From NCBI GenBank assembly GCA_934561515.1, contig CAKTGM010000002.1, forward strand, positions 45,384 through 109,383: 64,000 bases of DNA. The letters are read 5' to 3'. A model generated the notes under the pieces. It was given only the letters and a program-made list of their open reading frames with translations, was not told where the DNA came from and searched no databases. The position numbers were made by a program, and so were the translations under genes. The DNA is from an uncultured Oscillospiraceae bacterium (lineage in GTDB: Bacteria; Bacillota; Clostridia; Oscillospirales; Oscillospiraceae). Positions 29,756 to 39,731 of the stretch are shown here, in pieces (positions within the stretch are counted from its first letter, which is position 1; each line of letters begins with the position of its first letter).

Positions 29756-31126
29756 ATGGAGCTGATCGCAGCCATCGCCACGGCGCAGAGCCCGTCGGCC
29801 GTCGGCATTGTCAGGCTGAGCGGAGAGGGGACGCGAGACGCGCTCGCTGCGCTCTTTACGCCGGCAAACGGCATGGCGGTTTCTGACCTTCCGTACCGCC
29901 GCATGACCTACGGCGATGTGCGCGACGAAACGGGCGCGCTGCTCGACCGCTGCATGGCGGTCTGCTTTTCCGCTGCCCACAGCTACACCGGCGAGGAAAG
30001 CGCCGAGCTCCACTGCCACGGCTCGCCCGTGGTGCTCGGCGAGGTGCTGTGCGCCGCGTTCCGCGCGGGCGCGCGGCAGGCAAGGCCCGGCGAATTCACG
30101 CAGCGCGCCTTCCTGAATGGCAAAATGGATCTCACCGAGGCGGAGGCGGTCATCGACCTCATCGACGCCGAGACTGCGGAATGCGCGCGCAACGCCGCCG
30201 CCCAGCTCTCCGGCGCGCTGCGCCGCCCGATCGAGGCGGTCTACGACCGTTTGCTCGATATTTCGAGCCGTTTTTACGCCATCGTCGACTATCCCGACGA
30301 AGAGATCGAGGACCTATCGCGCGAGGAGACCGCCGCCTCGCTCACAGCGGGCGAAGCGTCGCTTTCCGACCTGCTCGGCACGTTTGCGCGCGGCAGGGTG
30401 CTCAAAAGCGGCGTGGCGACGGCCATCGTCGGCGCGCCGAATGCGGGCAAAAGCTCGCTTTTGAATGCGCTCGTCGGCTTTGAGCGCGCCATCGTCACGG
30501 ACATCGCGGGCACGACGCGCGACACCGTGGAGGAAAAGGCGACGCTTGGCGGCGTGCTGCTGCGGCTCATCGACACCGCCGGCATCCGCGAGACGGCGGA
30601 CACGGTGGAAAAGCTCGGCGTGGAGCGGTCGAAAAAAGCCGTCGAGGACGCGGACCTCATCCTCGCGCTGCTCGACGGCAGCGCTTTGCCCGCACCGGAG
30701 GCGCTCGCACCGCTCGCGCTTGCCGCGAAAAGCGACAAGCCGTGGCTCCTGCTGCTGACAAAATCCGACCTCGGCGGCGCGCCGGGAATCGTGCCCGATG
30801 AAAGCTTGCGCGCGCCCGAGGACGTGATCTCGCTTTCCAGCGTGACGCACGAGGGCTTTGACGCGCTTGCATCCGCCGTGCGCAGGCTCTATCCCGCGCC
30901 GCGCGCGGGCGCGGCGCTCGTGACGAACGCCCGTCAGGCCGAGGCCGTCCGCCGTGCGCTCGAGAGCGTCCGCGCGGCGAAGGAGGCACTGCTCGGCGGC
31001 ATGACGCCGGACGTGGTGCTCACCGAGGTAGAGCAGGCGCAGACGGCTCTCGGCGAGCTCACCGGCCGCACGGCGCGCGAGGACATGGTCGCGCGCATCT
31101 TCGAGCGCTTCTGCGTCGGGAAATAA
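29756..31126 (+). CDS. mnmE: tRNA modification GTPase MnmE
   Basis: G-domain GAPNAGKSSL, DTAG, TKSD, and the C-terminal CxGK motif (FCVGK); start trimmed to MELIAAIATA; ATGTGCTATACT extended -10 at 29715-29726. Confidence 0.85.
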   Translation: MELIAAIATAQSPSAVGIVRLSGEGTRDALAALFTPANGMAVSDLPYRRMTYGDVRDETGALLDRCMAVCFSAAHSYTGEESAELHCHGSPVVLGEVLCAAFRAGARQARPGEFTQRAFLNGKMDLTEAEAVIDLIDAETAECARNAAAQLSGALRRPIEAVYDRLLDISSRFYAIVDYPDEEIEDLSREETAASLTAGEASLSDLLGTFARGRVLKSGVATAIVGAPNAGKSSLLNALVGFERAIVTDIAGTTRDTVEEKATLGGVLLRLIDTAGIRETADTVEKLGVERSKKAVEDADLILALLDGSALPAPEALAPLALAAKSDKPWLLLLTKSDLGGAPGIVPDESLRAPEDVISLSSVTHEGFDALASAVRRLYPAPRAGAALVTNARQAEAVRRALESVRAAKEALLGGMTPDVVLTEVEQAQTALGELTGRTAREDMVARIFERFCVGK

Positions 31127-31200
31127 TTTGCGCAGATATTTACAGAATATGGAACAATTTGCTATAATAAGTCACTCGAAGTCCGGAAAGGAGAAAACGC

Positions 31201-32079
31201 ATGCGTGATTATATTATCATGACCGACAGCTGCTGCAGCTTGAACCGGCAGGAGGTCGACGAGCTGGGCATTACCGTTTTGCCGCTCTCGTTTACGATGG
31301 AGGGCAAAACCTATCTTGATACGCCCGACCATGCGGCGATGTCGCCGGAAACCTTCTTCCAGAAGATCGCCGACGGCGTGGACTGCACGACCGCGGCCGT
31401 CAACGTCGGCCAGTTCACCGACGCGATGAAGACGGCGCTGGACGCGGGGCAGGATATCCTGTGCATCTGCTTTTCGAGCGCGCTCTCTACCACCTATCAG
31501 TCCGCGTGCATCGCGGCGGAGGATCTGCGCGCGGAGCATCCGGAGGCGAAGATCATCGTGATCGACTCCCTCTCCGCCTGCCGCGGGCAGGGAATGCTCA
31601 TTTACCGCACGGTGCGCGAGCGGCGCGAGAAAGACCTTGACATCGAGGCACTGGCCGACTTCGTGCGCGGCACGATCCAGCATCAGGACCACTGGTTTTT
31701 TGTCGATGACCTCAACCACTTGAAGCGCGGCGGCCGCGTGAGCGCGACGGCGGCACTGGTCGGTACGATGCTCGGCATCAAGCCCGTCATGCACACCGAC
31801 AGCGAGGGACGTCTCACCCCCGTGAGCAAGGCGCGCGGCAGCAAGGGTGCGCTGCGCGCGCTGGTGGACAAGATGGAGGAGCTGGGCATCGAGCCGGAGA
31901 AGAACCAGCCCATCTTCATCTGCCACGCCAACTGCCCGGACTATGTGGACTATGTCAAGGAGCTGCTCCGTGAGCGCTTCAACATCACCGATGTGCGCGC
32001 GGACTTTATCGGCCCCGTCATCGGTGCGCATACCGGCTGCGGCACGCTGGGACTTTTCTTTGTGGGGACGAAACGATGA
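31201..32079 (+). CDS. DegV-family fatty-acid-binding protein
   Basis: DegV fold signatures (DSCCSL, FVDDLNHLKRGGR); GGAAAGGAG SD; TGCTATAAT extended -10 upstream. Confidence 0.85.
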   Translation: MRDYIIMTDSCCSLNRQEVDELGITVLPLSFTMEGKTYLDTPDHAAMSPETFFQKIADGVDCTTAAVNVGQFTDAMKTALDAGQDILCICFSSALSTTYQSACIAAEDLRAEHPEAKIIVIDSLSACRGQGMLIYRTVRERREKDLDIEALADFVRGTIQHQDHWFFVDDLNHLKRGGRVSATAALVGTMLGIKPVMHTDSEGRLTPVSKARGSKGALRALVDKMEELGIEPEKNQPIFICHANCPDYVDYVKELLRERFNITDVRADFIGPVIGAHTGCGTLGLFFVGTKR

Positions 32080-33029
32080 AATGGTTAGAATTACACCTTG
32101 ATACGCGGCCCGAGGGCATCGAGCCTGTGACGGAGCTTTTGAGTACCTACGGCATCGACAGTCTGATGATCGACGAGGAGGGCGACTTCAAGGACTTCCT
32201 TGAGAACAATCACCAGTACTGGGACTATGTCGACGAAGAGCTGATGCAGTCCATGCGCGGCAAGAGCCGCATCACCTTCTACCTTGAAGACGGCGAGGAG
32301 GGCTTCAATACCCTCGCGCAGTTCCGCATCGGCCTTGCGGCCTTCAAAAAGCAGCACCCCGAGTATGCTCCCTTGATCCTCAGCATGGAAAACGTGGAGG
32401 ACGCGGACTGGGAGAACAACTGGAAGCAGTTCTATAAGCCCATGGAGATCGGCGAGCGGCTGCTCGTCGTGCCCGAGTGGGAGCAGGCGAGAGAGGACGG
32501 GCGCGTCAGGCTCGTCTTAAACCCCGGTCTCACCTTCGGCACCGGCAGCCACGCCACGACGCGCCTTTGCCTCACGGCGCTGGAACAGCACATCCACGGC
32601 GGGGAAAAGGTGCTCGACCTTGGCTGCGGCAGCGGCATCCTCTCCATCGCCGCGCTGCTGCTCGGCGCGAAGGACGCCTTCGCCTGTGACATTGACGACA
32701 AGTGCGTGGGCGTCGCCTACGAAAATGCCGCGCTCAACGGCGTGGGAAAAGAGCATTACACCGTCCGCGCGGGCGACGTGCTCAGCGACAAGGGCTTGCA
32801 GAAGGAATTCGGCGGCGATTATGATGTGATCGTTGCGAACATCGTGGCGGACGTCATCATCGCGCTTGCCCCGCAGGTGGGGAGGCTGCTCAAACAGGGC
32901 GGCATCTTCCTCTGCTCCGGCATCATCGACGACCGCGCCGACGAGGTGCGCGGAAAACTCGTCGAGGCGGGCTGGACGATCGAGGAAACGCGCAGCAGCG
33001 AGGGCTGGTTTTCCTTCCTCTGCCGGTAA
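32076..33029 (+). CDS. prmA: Ribosomal protein L11 methyltransferase
   Basis: SAM-binding motif LDLGCGSGILSIAA and the PrmA N-terminal domain; ATGA overlap with degV; terminator 33039-33080. Confidence 0.85.
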   Translation: MKWLELHLDTRPEGIEPVTELLSTYGIDSLMIDEEGDFKDFLENNHQYWDYVDEELMQSMRGKSRITFYLEDGEEGFNTLAQFRIGLAAFKKQHPEYAPLILSMENVEDADWENNWKQFYKPMEIGERLLVVPEWEQAREDGRVRLVLNPGLTFGTGSHATTRLCLTALEQHIHGGEKVLDLGCGSGILSIAALLLGAKDAFACDIDDKCVGVAYENAALNGVGKEHYTVRAGDVLSDKGLQKEFGGDYDVIVANIVADVIIALAPQVGRLLKQGGIFLCSGIIDDRADEVRGKLVEAGWTIEETRSSEGWFSFLCR

Positions 33030-33168
33030 AAAGGAACAAAAAAGACCATCCTCTTTTGTGGAAGAGGATGGTCTTTTTTTGTTCTGTAAAATATACTTGA
33101 CAATATCGATTATCGATAATACACTCGGATCAAAGAATATCGAATATCGATACAGTGGGGGTGAGCGC

Positions 33169-33480
33169 GTGGCGCGAGAAAAATTCGGCACGCTGACCGA
33201 GCAGATGTTTTATATCCTCCTGTGCCTGCGCGAGGAGTGCTGCGGCATGGACGTGATGGCGCGCGTGAGCGAGCTGACGGGCGGCCGCGTAGCCGTCGGC
33301 CCCGGCACGCTCTACAACCTGCTCGAGCAGTTTCTGGCGGCGGGCTACATCGTCGAAACGCGCGCGGAGGGGCGGCGGCGCAGCTACCGTCTCACCGGCG
33401 CGGGAGAAGCGCTGCTGAAAGGCGAGGTGGAGCGCCTGAAAATGCAGGTGCGGGATTACCAGGCGATAGTTGAAGGATAA
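33169..33480 (+). CDS. PadR-family transcriptional regulator (copy 2, paralog of 19267-19581)
   Basis: Same length (104 codons) and motif spacing as copy 1; GTG start inferred from alignment with copy 1 (GGGGGTGA SD); promoter TTGACA-17-TACACT with a TATCGAT-t-ATCGATA palindrome in the spacer. Confidence 0.7.
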   Translation: MAREKFGTLTEQMFYILLCLREECCGMDVMARVSELTGGRVAVGPGTLYNLLEQFLAAGYIVETRAEGRRRSYRLTGAGEALLKGEVERLKMQVRDYQAIVEG

Positions 33481-33526
33481 CGCCCCTTCGCATCTGGCGA
33501 AGGATGAGAGAAAGTGAGGTTTTCTG

Positions 33527-34954
33527 ATGCGCAATACCAAATGGGAATGCAATTTCTATTCTTTTTTTGACCACACAGGCATTGAGCGGCATCTTGAAAA
33601 GATGGCGGCAAAGGGCTGGCTCATCGAAAAACTGGGATACCTCTGGCGCTACCGGCGCATTGAGCCGCAGGATGTGCGCTTTGCCGTCGTCTATTATCCG
33701 GAGGCCTCGGAATTTGACCCCGACAAGCCGAGCGAGGGGGAACTGACGTTCTGGGACTTCTGCGCGCAGGCAGGCTGGGTCAAGGCCGTGAGCCGCGCAC
33801 AGATGAACATCTTCTATCACAAAGACGCCAATGCTGTGCCGATCGAGACAGACGCGGCGCTTCAGGTGAAAACGCTGCATCGGTCGATGAAGAAAGAGCC
33901 GCTCATAGCGTCCTTTCTGCTGCTGGCGGTGGCGGTGTGGATGCTTTTCGATGCGTGCAAAAGCTTCGTCACAAATTTTGCCGCAGCGATCTCTAGAACG
34001 ACGGTGCTGATCGGCCTGCTGGACTGGGCGCTCCTTCTGGCGCTGTGCGCGCTGGAGCTTGGCGGCTACTACCTCTGGCGGCGCAGGGCGAAACGCGCGG
34101 CAGAGCGCGGCGTATTTTTGCCGACGCGCTCTTATCCGGCAATTCAGGTGCTGGCGCTTGCACTGGTGCTGGGCGGCGTAGGGATCATCCTGTGCAGCAG
34201 TGACAGCGGGGGAAGGAGAGTATACCTGCTCTTACTCGCGGGATATGCGCTGCTCAATGTACTCATACAGGGCATTAAGGCGCTGCTCAAGCGCCGCGGC
34301 GGCAGCGCGGGGGTAAATAAGGGCGTTACGATAGCGGTGACAATGATGCTCGCGTTTGTTTTTACATATGTCCTTTTAGACAAAGTGAGCGACGGGGAGC
34401 TGAACCGCGTTCCCGAGAATGCCGTACCTTATGAGGTCGTGTGGTCCAGCGGTGAAACCTCACGCTATTACGCGTATGAAGATTCCCTGCCTCTCTATGT
34501 GCAGGACCTGACGAAAACGGACTACGACCAGTATTCCTGCGAGTTGACGAAGCATTCTTCGCTGCTGGCGGCTCAGACCTATGGGAAGCAGGAAATGCGC
34601 ATGGGCGATGGAGAAATTGACGCACCAGAGCTGAGTTACTGCATCACAGATGTAAAGGCCGCGCCGCTTTTTAACGCCTGTTTGCAGGGGGAGTTGGATT
34701 ATTTCAAAAATTTCACCGTGACGTTTCGCAGGACGTACCATCCCTTTCGAAATATTGAGTTCCGAGCGGTCGATGCCGCGCCGTGGGGCGCGGAGCGCGC
34801 ATGGAGAGCGTTTAACACCGAAGATGGGGAATGGGGGGTGTCGTGGGTCCTGACACGCGGGACACGCATCGTGCGGGTAAGCGGCAGCGCGCTGGACGGC
34901 ACACTGACCGATGCCCAAAAGGCGACCGTCGGCGAAAGGCTGCTGGGCAACTGA
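33527..34954 (+). CDS. DUF2812-domain membrane protein (copy 2, 475 aa)
   Basis: N-terminal region aligns with the copy-1 DUF2812 protein (GIERHLEKMAAKGWLIEK vs ERIERRANEMAKEGWLLEK); multiple TM helices; terminator 34957-34996. Confidence 0.75.
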   Translation: MRNTKWECNFYSFFDHTGIERHLEKMAAKGWLIEKLGYLWRYRRIEPQDVRFAVVYYPEASEFDPDKPSEGELTFWDFCAQAGWVKAVSRAQMNIFYHKDANAVPIETDAALQVKTLHRSMKKEPLIASFLLLAVAVWMLFDACKSFVTNFAAAISRTTVLIGLLDWALLLALCALELGGYYLWRRRAKRAAERGVFLPTRSYPAIQVLALALVLGGVGIILCSSDSGGRRVYLLLLAGYALLNVLIQGIKALLKRRGGSAGVNKGVTIAVTMMLAFVFTYVLLDKVSDGELNRVPENAVPYEVVWSSGETSRYYAYEDSLPLYVQDLTKTDYDQYSCELTKHSSLLAAQTYGKQEMRMGDGEIDAPELSYCITDVKAAPLFNACLQGELDYFKNFTVTFRRTYHPFRNIEFRAVDAAPWGAERAWRAFNTEDGEWGVSWVLTRGTRIVRVSGSALDGTLTDAQKATVGERLLGN

Positions 34955-34956
34955 TG

Positions 34957-34996
34957 AAAAGGCGGCCTTCTCCCATCGGGAGAAGGCCGCCTTTTT
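34957..34996. terminator. Bidirectional intrinsic terminator (DUF2812 copy 2 / folD)
   Basis: GGCGGCCTTCTCCC-ATC-GGGAGAAGGCCGCC hairpin flanked by A- and T-runs. Confidence 0.8.
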
Positions 34997-35007
34997 CAGC
35001 AAGGTCT

Positions 35008-35862
35008 TTACTTGTTCGCCGCGCGCTCCGCCGCCTCGACGACGTGGCTTGCGAGAATGCTGCTCGTCACCGTGCCGACGCCGCCGGGCACGGGGGTGAT
35101 GGCCTCGACAACCGGCTCGACCTCGGCAAAGCGGGTGTCGCCGCAGAGGCTGCCGTCCGCACCGACGTGGATGCCGACGTCCAGCACGATCTGGCCCTCG
35201 CGCACGCTCTCCGCGCCCACCATGCCGGCCTTACCGGCGGCGACAACGAGAATGTCGGCCTCGCGGCAGATCGCGGGCAGATTCTCGCTGCGGCTGTGGC
35301 AGATGGTCACGGTCGCGTGCTCGGCGAGCAGCAGCAGGGAAACGGGCTTGCCGATGACAAGGCTGCGGCCGATGACGACCACGCGCTTGCCCTTGATGGG
35401 GATGTTGTAGTGCTTGAGCAGCGCCACGCAGGCCGCGGCGGTGCAGGGAGGATAGCCGCCCTTGGTGCCGGCGTAAACGGCGGTCATGGAGCCGTCGGTG
35501 ATGCCGTCCATATCCTTTTTGGGGTCGAGCGCCGCGCGCGCCGCCTCATCGTCGAGGTGCCCCGGCAGCGGGCGGAACATCAGCACGCCGTGGACCTTCT
35601 CGTCCGCGTTAAGCGCGTGGATGCTCTCCATCAGCTTATCCTGCGTCACATCCTCGGGCAGGACGACCTGACGCACCGCCACGCCGACCTTCTCGCAGCG
35701 CTTAAGCGCGCCGCGCTCGTAGGCAAGGTCATCCTCGCGCGCGCCGACGCGCAGGATCGCAAGGCAGGGCTCAACGCCGTTTTTCTTCAGTTCCTCAGTC
35801 TTTGCATGGAGCTCCTCGGTCAGCGCCTTGGCGACCTCGGCTCCCTTGAGCAGCATAGCCAT
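35008..35862 (-). CDS. folD: Bifunctional methylenetetrahydrofolate dehydrogenase / methenyl-THF cyclohydrolase
   Basis: Full-length FolD similarity (VIGRSLVIGKP, GGVGTVT motifs); start trimmed to MAMLLKG with a GGAGGA SD. Confidence 0.9.
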   Translation of the reverse strand: MAMLLKGAEVAKALTEELHAKTEELKKNGVEPCLAILRVGAREDDLAYERGALKRCEKVGVAVRQVVLPEDVTQDKLMESIHALNADEKVHGVLMFRPLPGHLDDEAARAALDPKKDMDGITDGSMTAVYAGTKGGYPPCTAAACVALLKHYNIPIKGKRVVVIGRSLVIGKPVSLLLLAEHATVTICHSRSENLPAICREADILVVAAGKAGMVGAESVREGQIVLDVGIHVGADGSLCGDTRFAEVEPVVEAITPVPGGVGTVTSSILASHVVEAAERAANK

Positions 35863-36055
35863 GGTAGTGTTCCTCCTCAATTGCGCGGCAGCGCCGCGTT
35901 TGCATTCTTCCTTCAGGATAACAAAATAAAAAAATACTGTCAATTTCTTTTCGCAAGCAGCGCGGGGAAAAAGTTTTACTTTATTCAGCTCCTTGCCTTT
36001 TGCCGCGCTTTTTGCTACGATAGATAAAATATTTACGGATCGGGAGGAGATACCC

Positions 36056-36628
36056 ATGTCTGTCATTGAAGAAAAGAAGGCGCTGCGCACCTTTATCCGC
36101 AAGAAGGAGCGCACGCTCGACCCCGCCTACAAGGCGGAAAGCTCCGAGGCCATCTGCCGCCATCTGCTCGCGCTCGAGGAATACAAGCGCGCGAAGGTCG
36201 TCTTTGCCTTTGCCGGCACGGAAAAGGAGATCGACACCTCGCTCTTTATGAATGAAACCATCGCCGCGGGCAAGACGCTCATCCTGCCCCGCTGCGCAGC
36301 CGAGCACGCGATCGACCTTTGCGTCGTGCGCTCAATGGACGATCTGGAGGCGGGCGCTTACGGCATTCTGGAGCCGAAGACGAGCTGCGCGCTCGTCACC
36401 GCGGCGGACATCGACTTTGCCGTTGTGCCCTGCCTGTCGTTCGACCGCAAGGGCCGCCGTCTCGGTCAGGGCGGCGGTTACTATGACCGCCTGCTGCCCC
36501 GGCTCAGCTGCCCCACGGCGCTCATCTGCCGCGAGCAGCTCATGTCGGACGAAGTCCCGGTCGAGGAGCACGATATGCGCTGCACCATGCTCATCACCGA
36601 GAAGGGCATCCTGACGCCGGAGGCGTAA
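36056..36628 (+). CDS. 5-formyltetrahydrofolate cyclo-ligase
   Basis: MTHFS family motifs (GQGGGYYDR, LILPRC); GGGAGGAGA SD; divergent from folD (folate module). Confidence 0.8.
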   Translation: MSVIEEKKALRTFIRKKERTLDPAYKAESSEAICRHLLALEEYKRAKVVFAFAGTEKEIDTSLFMNETIAAGKTLILPRCAAEHAIDLCVVRSMDDLEAGAYGILEPKTSCALVTAADIDFAVVPCLSFDRKGRRLGQGGGYYDRLLPRLSCPTALICREQLMSDEVPVEEHDMRCTMLITEKGILTPEA

Positions 36629-36799
36629 GCGCCGTTTCGACGAAGCTTTTTTGCCGCAAGGCGCAAATTCATAAAAAATTTATCACATTGTTGCAAATGC
36701 AACTTCTATAAAGCGCGCAAAATGTGTTAGACTAACGCCAGTGAAAGGCAAGCAAGAACAATTCACATTTCAATATAAAACTTTATGGAGGTAGTAACT

Positions 36800-37387
36800 A
36801 TGAAAAAGTGGCTTTGCAAGGTTTGCGGTTATATCTATGAAGGTCCCGAGGCGCCCGCGGAGTGCCCCGTGTGCCATGCCAAGAGCAATATGTTCGAGGA
36901 AGTCAAGGGTGAGCTGAAGCTCGCCGCCGAGCATGAGTTCGGCGTTTACGGCAAGACCGTGAAGAACAACCCTGACATCTCCGAGGAGGACAAGAAGTAT
37001 ATCTTCGAGCAGCTGATGGCCAACTTCAACGGCGAGTGCAGCGAGGTCGGTATGTACCTCTGCATGGCGCGCATCGCGCACCGCGAGGGCTATCCCGAGA
37101 TCGGCCTGTACTGGGAGAAGGCGGCCTACGAAGAGGCGGAGCACGCCGCGAAGTTCGCCGAGCTCCTCGGTTCCGACCTTGAGCCCAACATGAAGGCGAC
37201 CACCAAGGACAACCTCGCCTGGCGCGTCGACTGCGAGTTCGGCGCCACCGCCGGCAAGTTCGACCTCGCCGCCTGCGCGAAGAAGAACGGTCTCGACGCC
37301 ATCCACGACACCGTCCACGAGATGGCCCGCGACGAGGCCCGCCACGGCAAGGCGCTCAAGGGTCTGCTTGAAAGATACTTCAAGTAA
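36800..37387 (+). CDS. Reverse rubrerythrin (N-terminal rubredoxin-like CxxC..CxxC plus ferritin-like di-iron domain)
   Basis: [16 protein letters not shown] at the N-terminus followed by E..EAEH ferritin-like motifs; GGAGGT SD; terminator 37419-37453. Confidence 0.85.
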   Translation: MKKWLCKVCGYIYEGPEAPAECPVCHAKSNMFEEVKGELKLAAEHEFGVYGKTVKNNPDISEEDKKYIFEQLMANFNGECSEVGMYLCMARIAHREGYPEIGLYWEKAAYEEAEHAAKFAELLGSDLEPNMKATTKDNLAWRVDCEFGATAGKFDLAACAKKNGLDAIHDTVHEMARDEARHGKALKGLLERYFK

Positions 37388-37661
37388 GCCGAAGGCACTG
37401 AAAAATCAAGAGATTTTTAAGGGGAAGCTGAGAGATCGGCTTCCCCCTTTTTTGCGCCGCGGGAGAGCGGGGGAGTGGAAGCTTTGCGGAAGTTAAGATG
37501 AAAATTCACCCGCTGAAAAGCCAATGTGGAAGTCTGCCGTGTGGATGTTGCTTTGCCGAGCACCTATCCGATGACATGGCGGAAAACGAGTTGAGATTTT
37601 GCTCCTCGGATGATATGATACGGAAAGAAAAATGAATCATAAGCGAAGGAGGGCGAATTCT

Positions 37662-38036
37662 ATGAAACGAAGAAAGCGGCTGTATGCCATCCTTGGCATT
37701 CTTGCGCTCGTTTTCGGCACGTTTGCGCTGATGAAACAAGGGGAGGCGAAGGTTTCCTGCGTCCCGAACGAGGAGCGCACGGCCATCTGCCTTGTCGCTC
37801 AAAATGCGCAGATCGATGCGGTCACGCTGAAATACGACGACGGCTTTTTACAGCTCAAGCAGGAAACGGGCGAGATGAGCATCCGCGGCTGCGGCACGGA
37901 ATATGTGAGAATTGATTACCTCGACCGCAGCGGCGAGCAGTACCATACGGATTTTAAGATCGACGCTTCGGCGAATTCCCTCCTCATCGCGCGGCTCAAT
38001 GCTGCGGGGATAGAAGAAGAGTCTCGCGCCTATTGA
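37662..38036 (+). CDS. Hypothetical membrane-anchored protein
   Basis: N-terminal basic stretch plus one TM helix (LYAILGILALVFGTFAL); AAGGAGGG SD 8 nt upstream. Confidence 0.5.
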   Translation: MKRRKRLYAILGILALVFGTFALMKQGEAKVSCVPNEERTAICLVAQNAQIDAVTLKYDDGFLQLKQETGEMSIRGCGTEYVRIDYLDRSGEQYHTDFKIDASANSLLIARLNAAGIEEESRAY

Positions 38037-38062
38037 AGCGGCAAAAAGAAAGGATCGGGAGC

Positions 38063-38971
38063 ATGAAAAAAACCAAGATGATGAAACGCTGCGCGCTTGC
38101 GCTTCTGCTTGCAGCCCTCGTGCTGAGCGGCTGCGGCAGGAAGGATGAGTCTGACGCGCCCGAAGCACCCGAGCAGGCGGCGCAGACGGTGGAGTACAGC
38201 AACCTCAGCGACGCATCCTCCAGGGAACTGCTCGCAAAGCTCTTTGCGGACGCGGGGGTCGCGCCGGAGCGCTCGGACAAATTCTTTGCCTGCCTTGACC
38301 AGTTCAACGGCAGCGTCAAGGCAGAATGGCTGACGGACGGCTTTGAAACGGCCGCCCCCACGGAGACGAAGTACGACCCCTACGAGATGCAGGATATGTG
38401 GATGGAAAAGCAGGAGGACTTCCCCGGCTACAACTGCCGCATCACGGCCTTTCTGCTCTTCGGCGACCACATCGCCGCCGGCGCGGACCAGCCGGAAACC
38501 AACGGGGAAGACTGGCTTTTTATGGACCTCGAAACGCTCAAGCGCGATCCGGACGTCCTCTGCGGAAGGAGTACGGCGGACTTTTGCGCCCTGTTTGCGC
38601 CGGTGGAGGCGGCGGACTCGACGGAGCCCTCCGTGCAGGCCGAGGCTCTGCGCAAGGGCTGGGCGGAGCGCGGCGTCACCTTCTCGGACGGCGGGTGCAG
38701 CATGATCTCCGTCGTCTTCCACGACCGCTTTTCCGACACGGAGAATACGCTCTTTATCGGCCACGTCGGCATTCTCCTTCCCGCCGGGGACGATGCGCTC
38801 TATTTTGCCGAAAAGGTCGCCTTTCAGGAGCCGTACCGCCTGACGAAGTTCGAGAGCCGCGCCGCGCTCAAAAGCTATCTCATGGCAAAGTACGACACCG
38901 GCTGGGGACAGGATACAACGCCTCCGTTCCTCATGGAAAACGACGCGCCGATGGACGACGCAGCGCGCTGA
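38063..38971 (+). CDS. Hypothetical lipoprotein
   Basis: Signal peptide with lipobox LVLSGC; high GC3 consistent with coding; terminator 38987-39027. Confidence 0.6.
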   Translation: MKKTKMMKRCALALLLAALVLSGCGRKDESDAPEAPEQAAQTVEYSNLSDASSRELLAKLFADAGVAPERSDKFFACLDQFNGSVKAEWLTDGFETAAPTETKYDPYEMQDMWMEKQEDFPGYNCRITAFLLFGDHIAAGADQPETNGEDWLFMDLETLKRDPDVLCGRSTADFCALFAPVEAADSTEPSVQAEALRKGWAERGVTFSDGGCSMISVVFHDRFSDTENTLFIGHVGILLPAGDDALYFAEKVAFQEPYRLTKFESRAALKSYLMAKYDTGWGQDTTPPFLMENDAPMDDAAR

Positions 38972-39096
38972 GTGAAAATCGGACGGCCCGGCGCTGCACC
39001 CCTGACCGGTGCGGCGCCGGGCTTTTTCGCGCGCGTTTTTCCGGTATGCGCGCGCCGCGCGCTGCATACCCATAGGGGAGAAAAGGGGGACGGGGC

Positions 39097-39690
39097 ATGA
39101 GAAAAAAGGGGATTTTGCTGCTCGCGGCGCTTTCGCTGCTGCTCGCGGGCTGCGGGGAAAAGACGCAGAACGCCGCGGAGGACTTACAGGCGCGCTATGC
39201 GCAGATATCCGGCTATGAAGCGGTCGTGGAGGTCGCCGTGCCGCGCGAGGACGAGACGCTGCGCTACACGCTCTCGCTTGAACATTCAAGCGATGAGACG
39301 CGGGCGGCGGTGCTTGCGCCGGAGGCGCTCGCGGGCATTTCGGCAACGCTTGCGGGCGATGGGCTGACGCTTTCCTACGACACGCTGACGCTGGATGCGC
39401 TGACGCTCTCGCCGCGCGTCTCGGCGCTCAACTGCGTGCCGCTCGTGCTGGAAGCCTTCCCGCGCGCGTATCTTGAGAGCGTGGGGCGCGAGACGCTGGA
39501 CGGGCGCGAAACGCTGCGCGCGGACTTTTCCATGACGCTCGCGGGCGACAAGCTCGGTGCGTCGCTTTTCCTCGCCGCCGACGGCGCGCCGGTCTGCATG
39601 GAAGTGAGCGAGGACGGAAAAATTATTGCCGCGGCGGAGTTTACGAATTTTATTTTTGGTGATATACTACCTCCGAGTACACAGAATTAG
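39097..39690 (+). CDS. Hypothetical lipoprotein (LolA-like size)
   Basis: Lipobox LLLAGC; the 3' end carries the shared promoter 17-mer TGATATACTACCTCCGA. Confidence 0.6.
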   Translation: MRKKGILLLAALSLLLAGCGEKTQNAAEDLQARYAQISGYEAVVEVAVPREDETLRYTLSLEHSSDETRAAVLAPEALAGISATLAGDGLTLSYDTLTLDALTLSPRVSALNCVPLVLEAFPRAYLESVGRETLDGRETLRADFSMTLAGDKLGASLFLAADGAPVCMEVSEDGKIIAAAEFTNFIFGDILPPSTQN

Positions 39691-39731
39691 ACTGTTGTAG
39701 ATCCCAAAAGCAAGAGAGGGCGGAAAAAACC

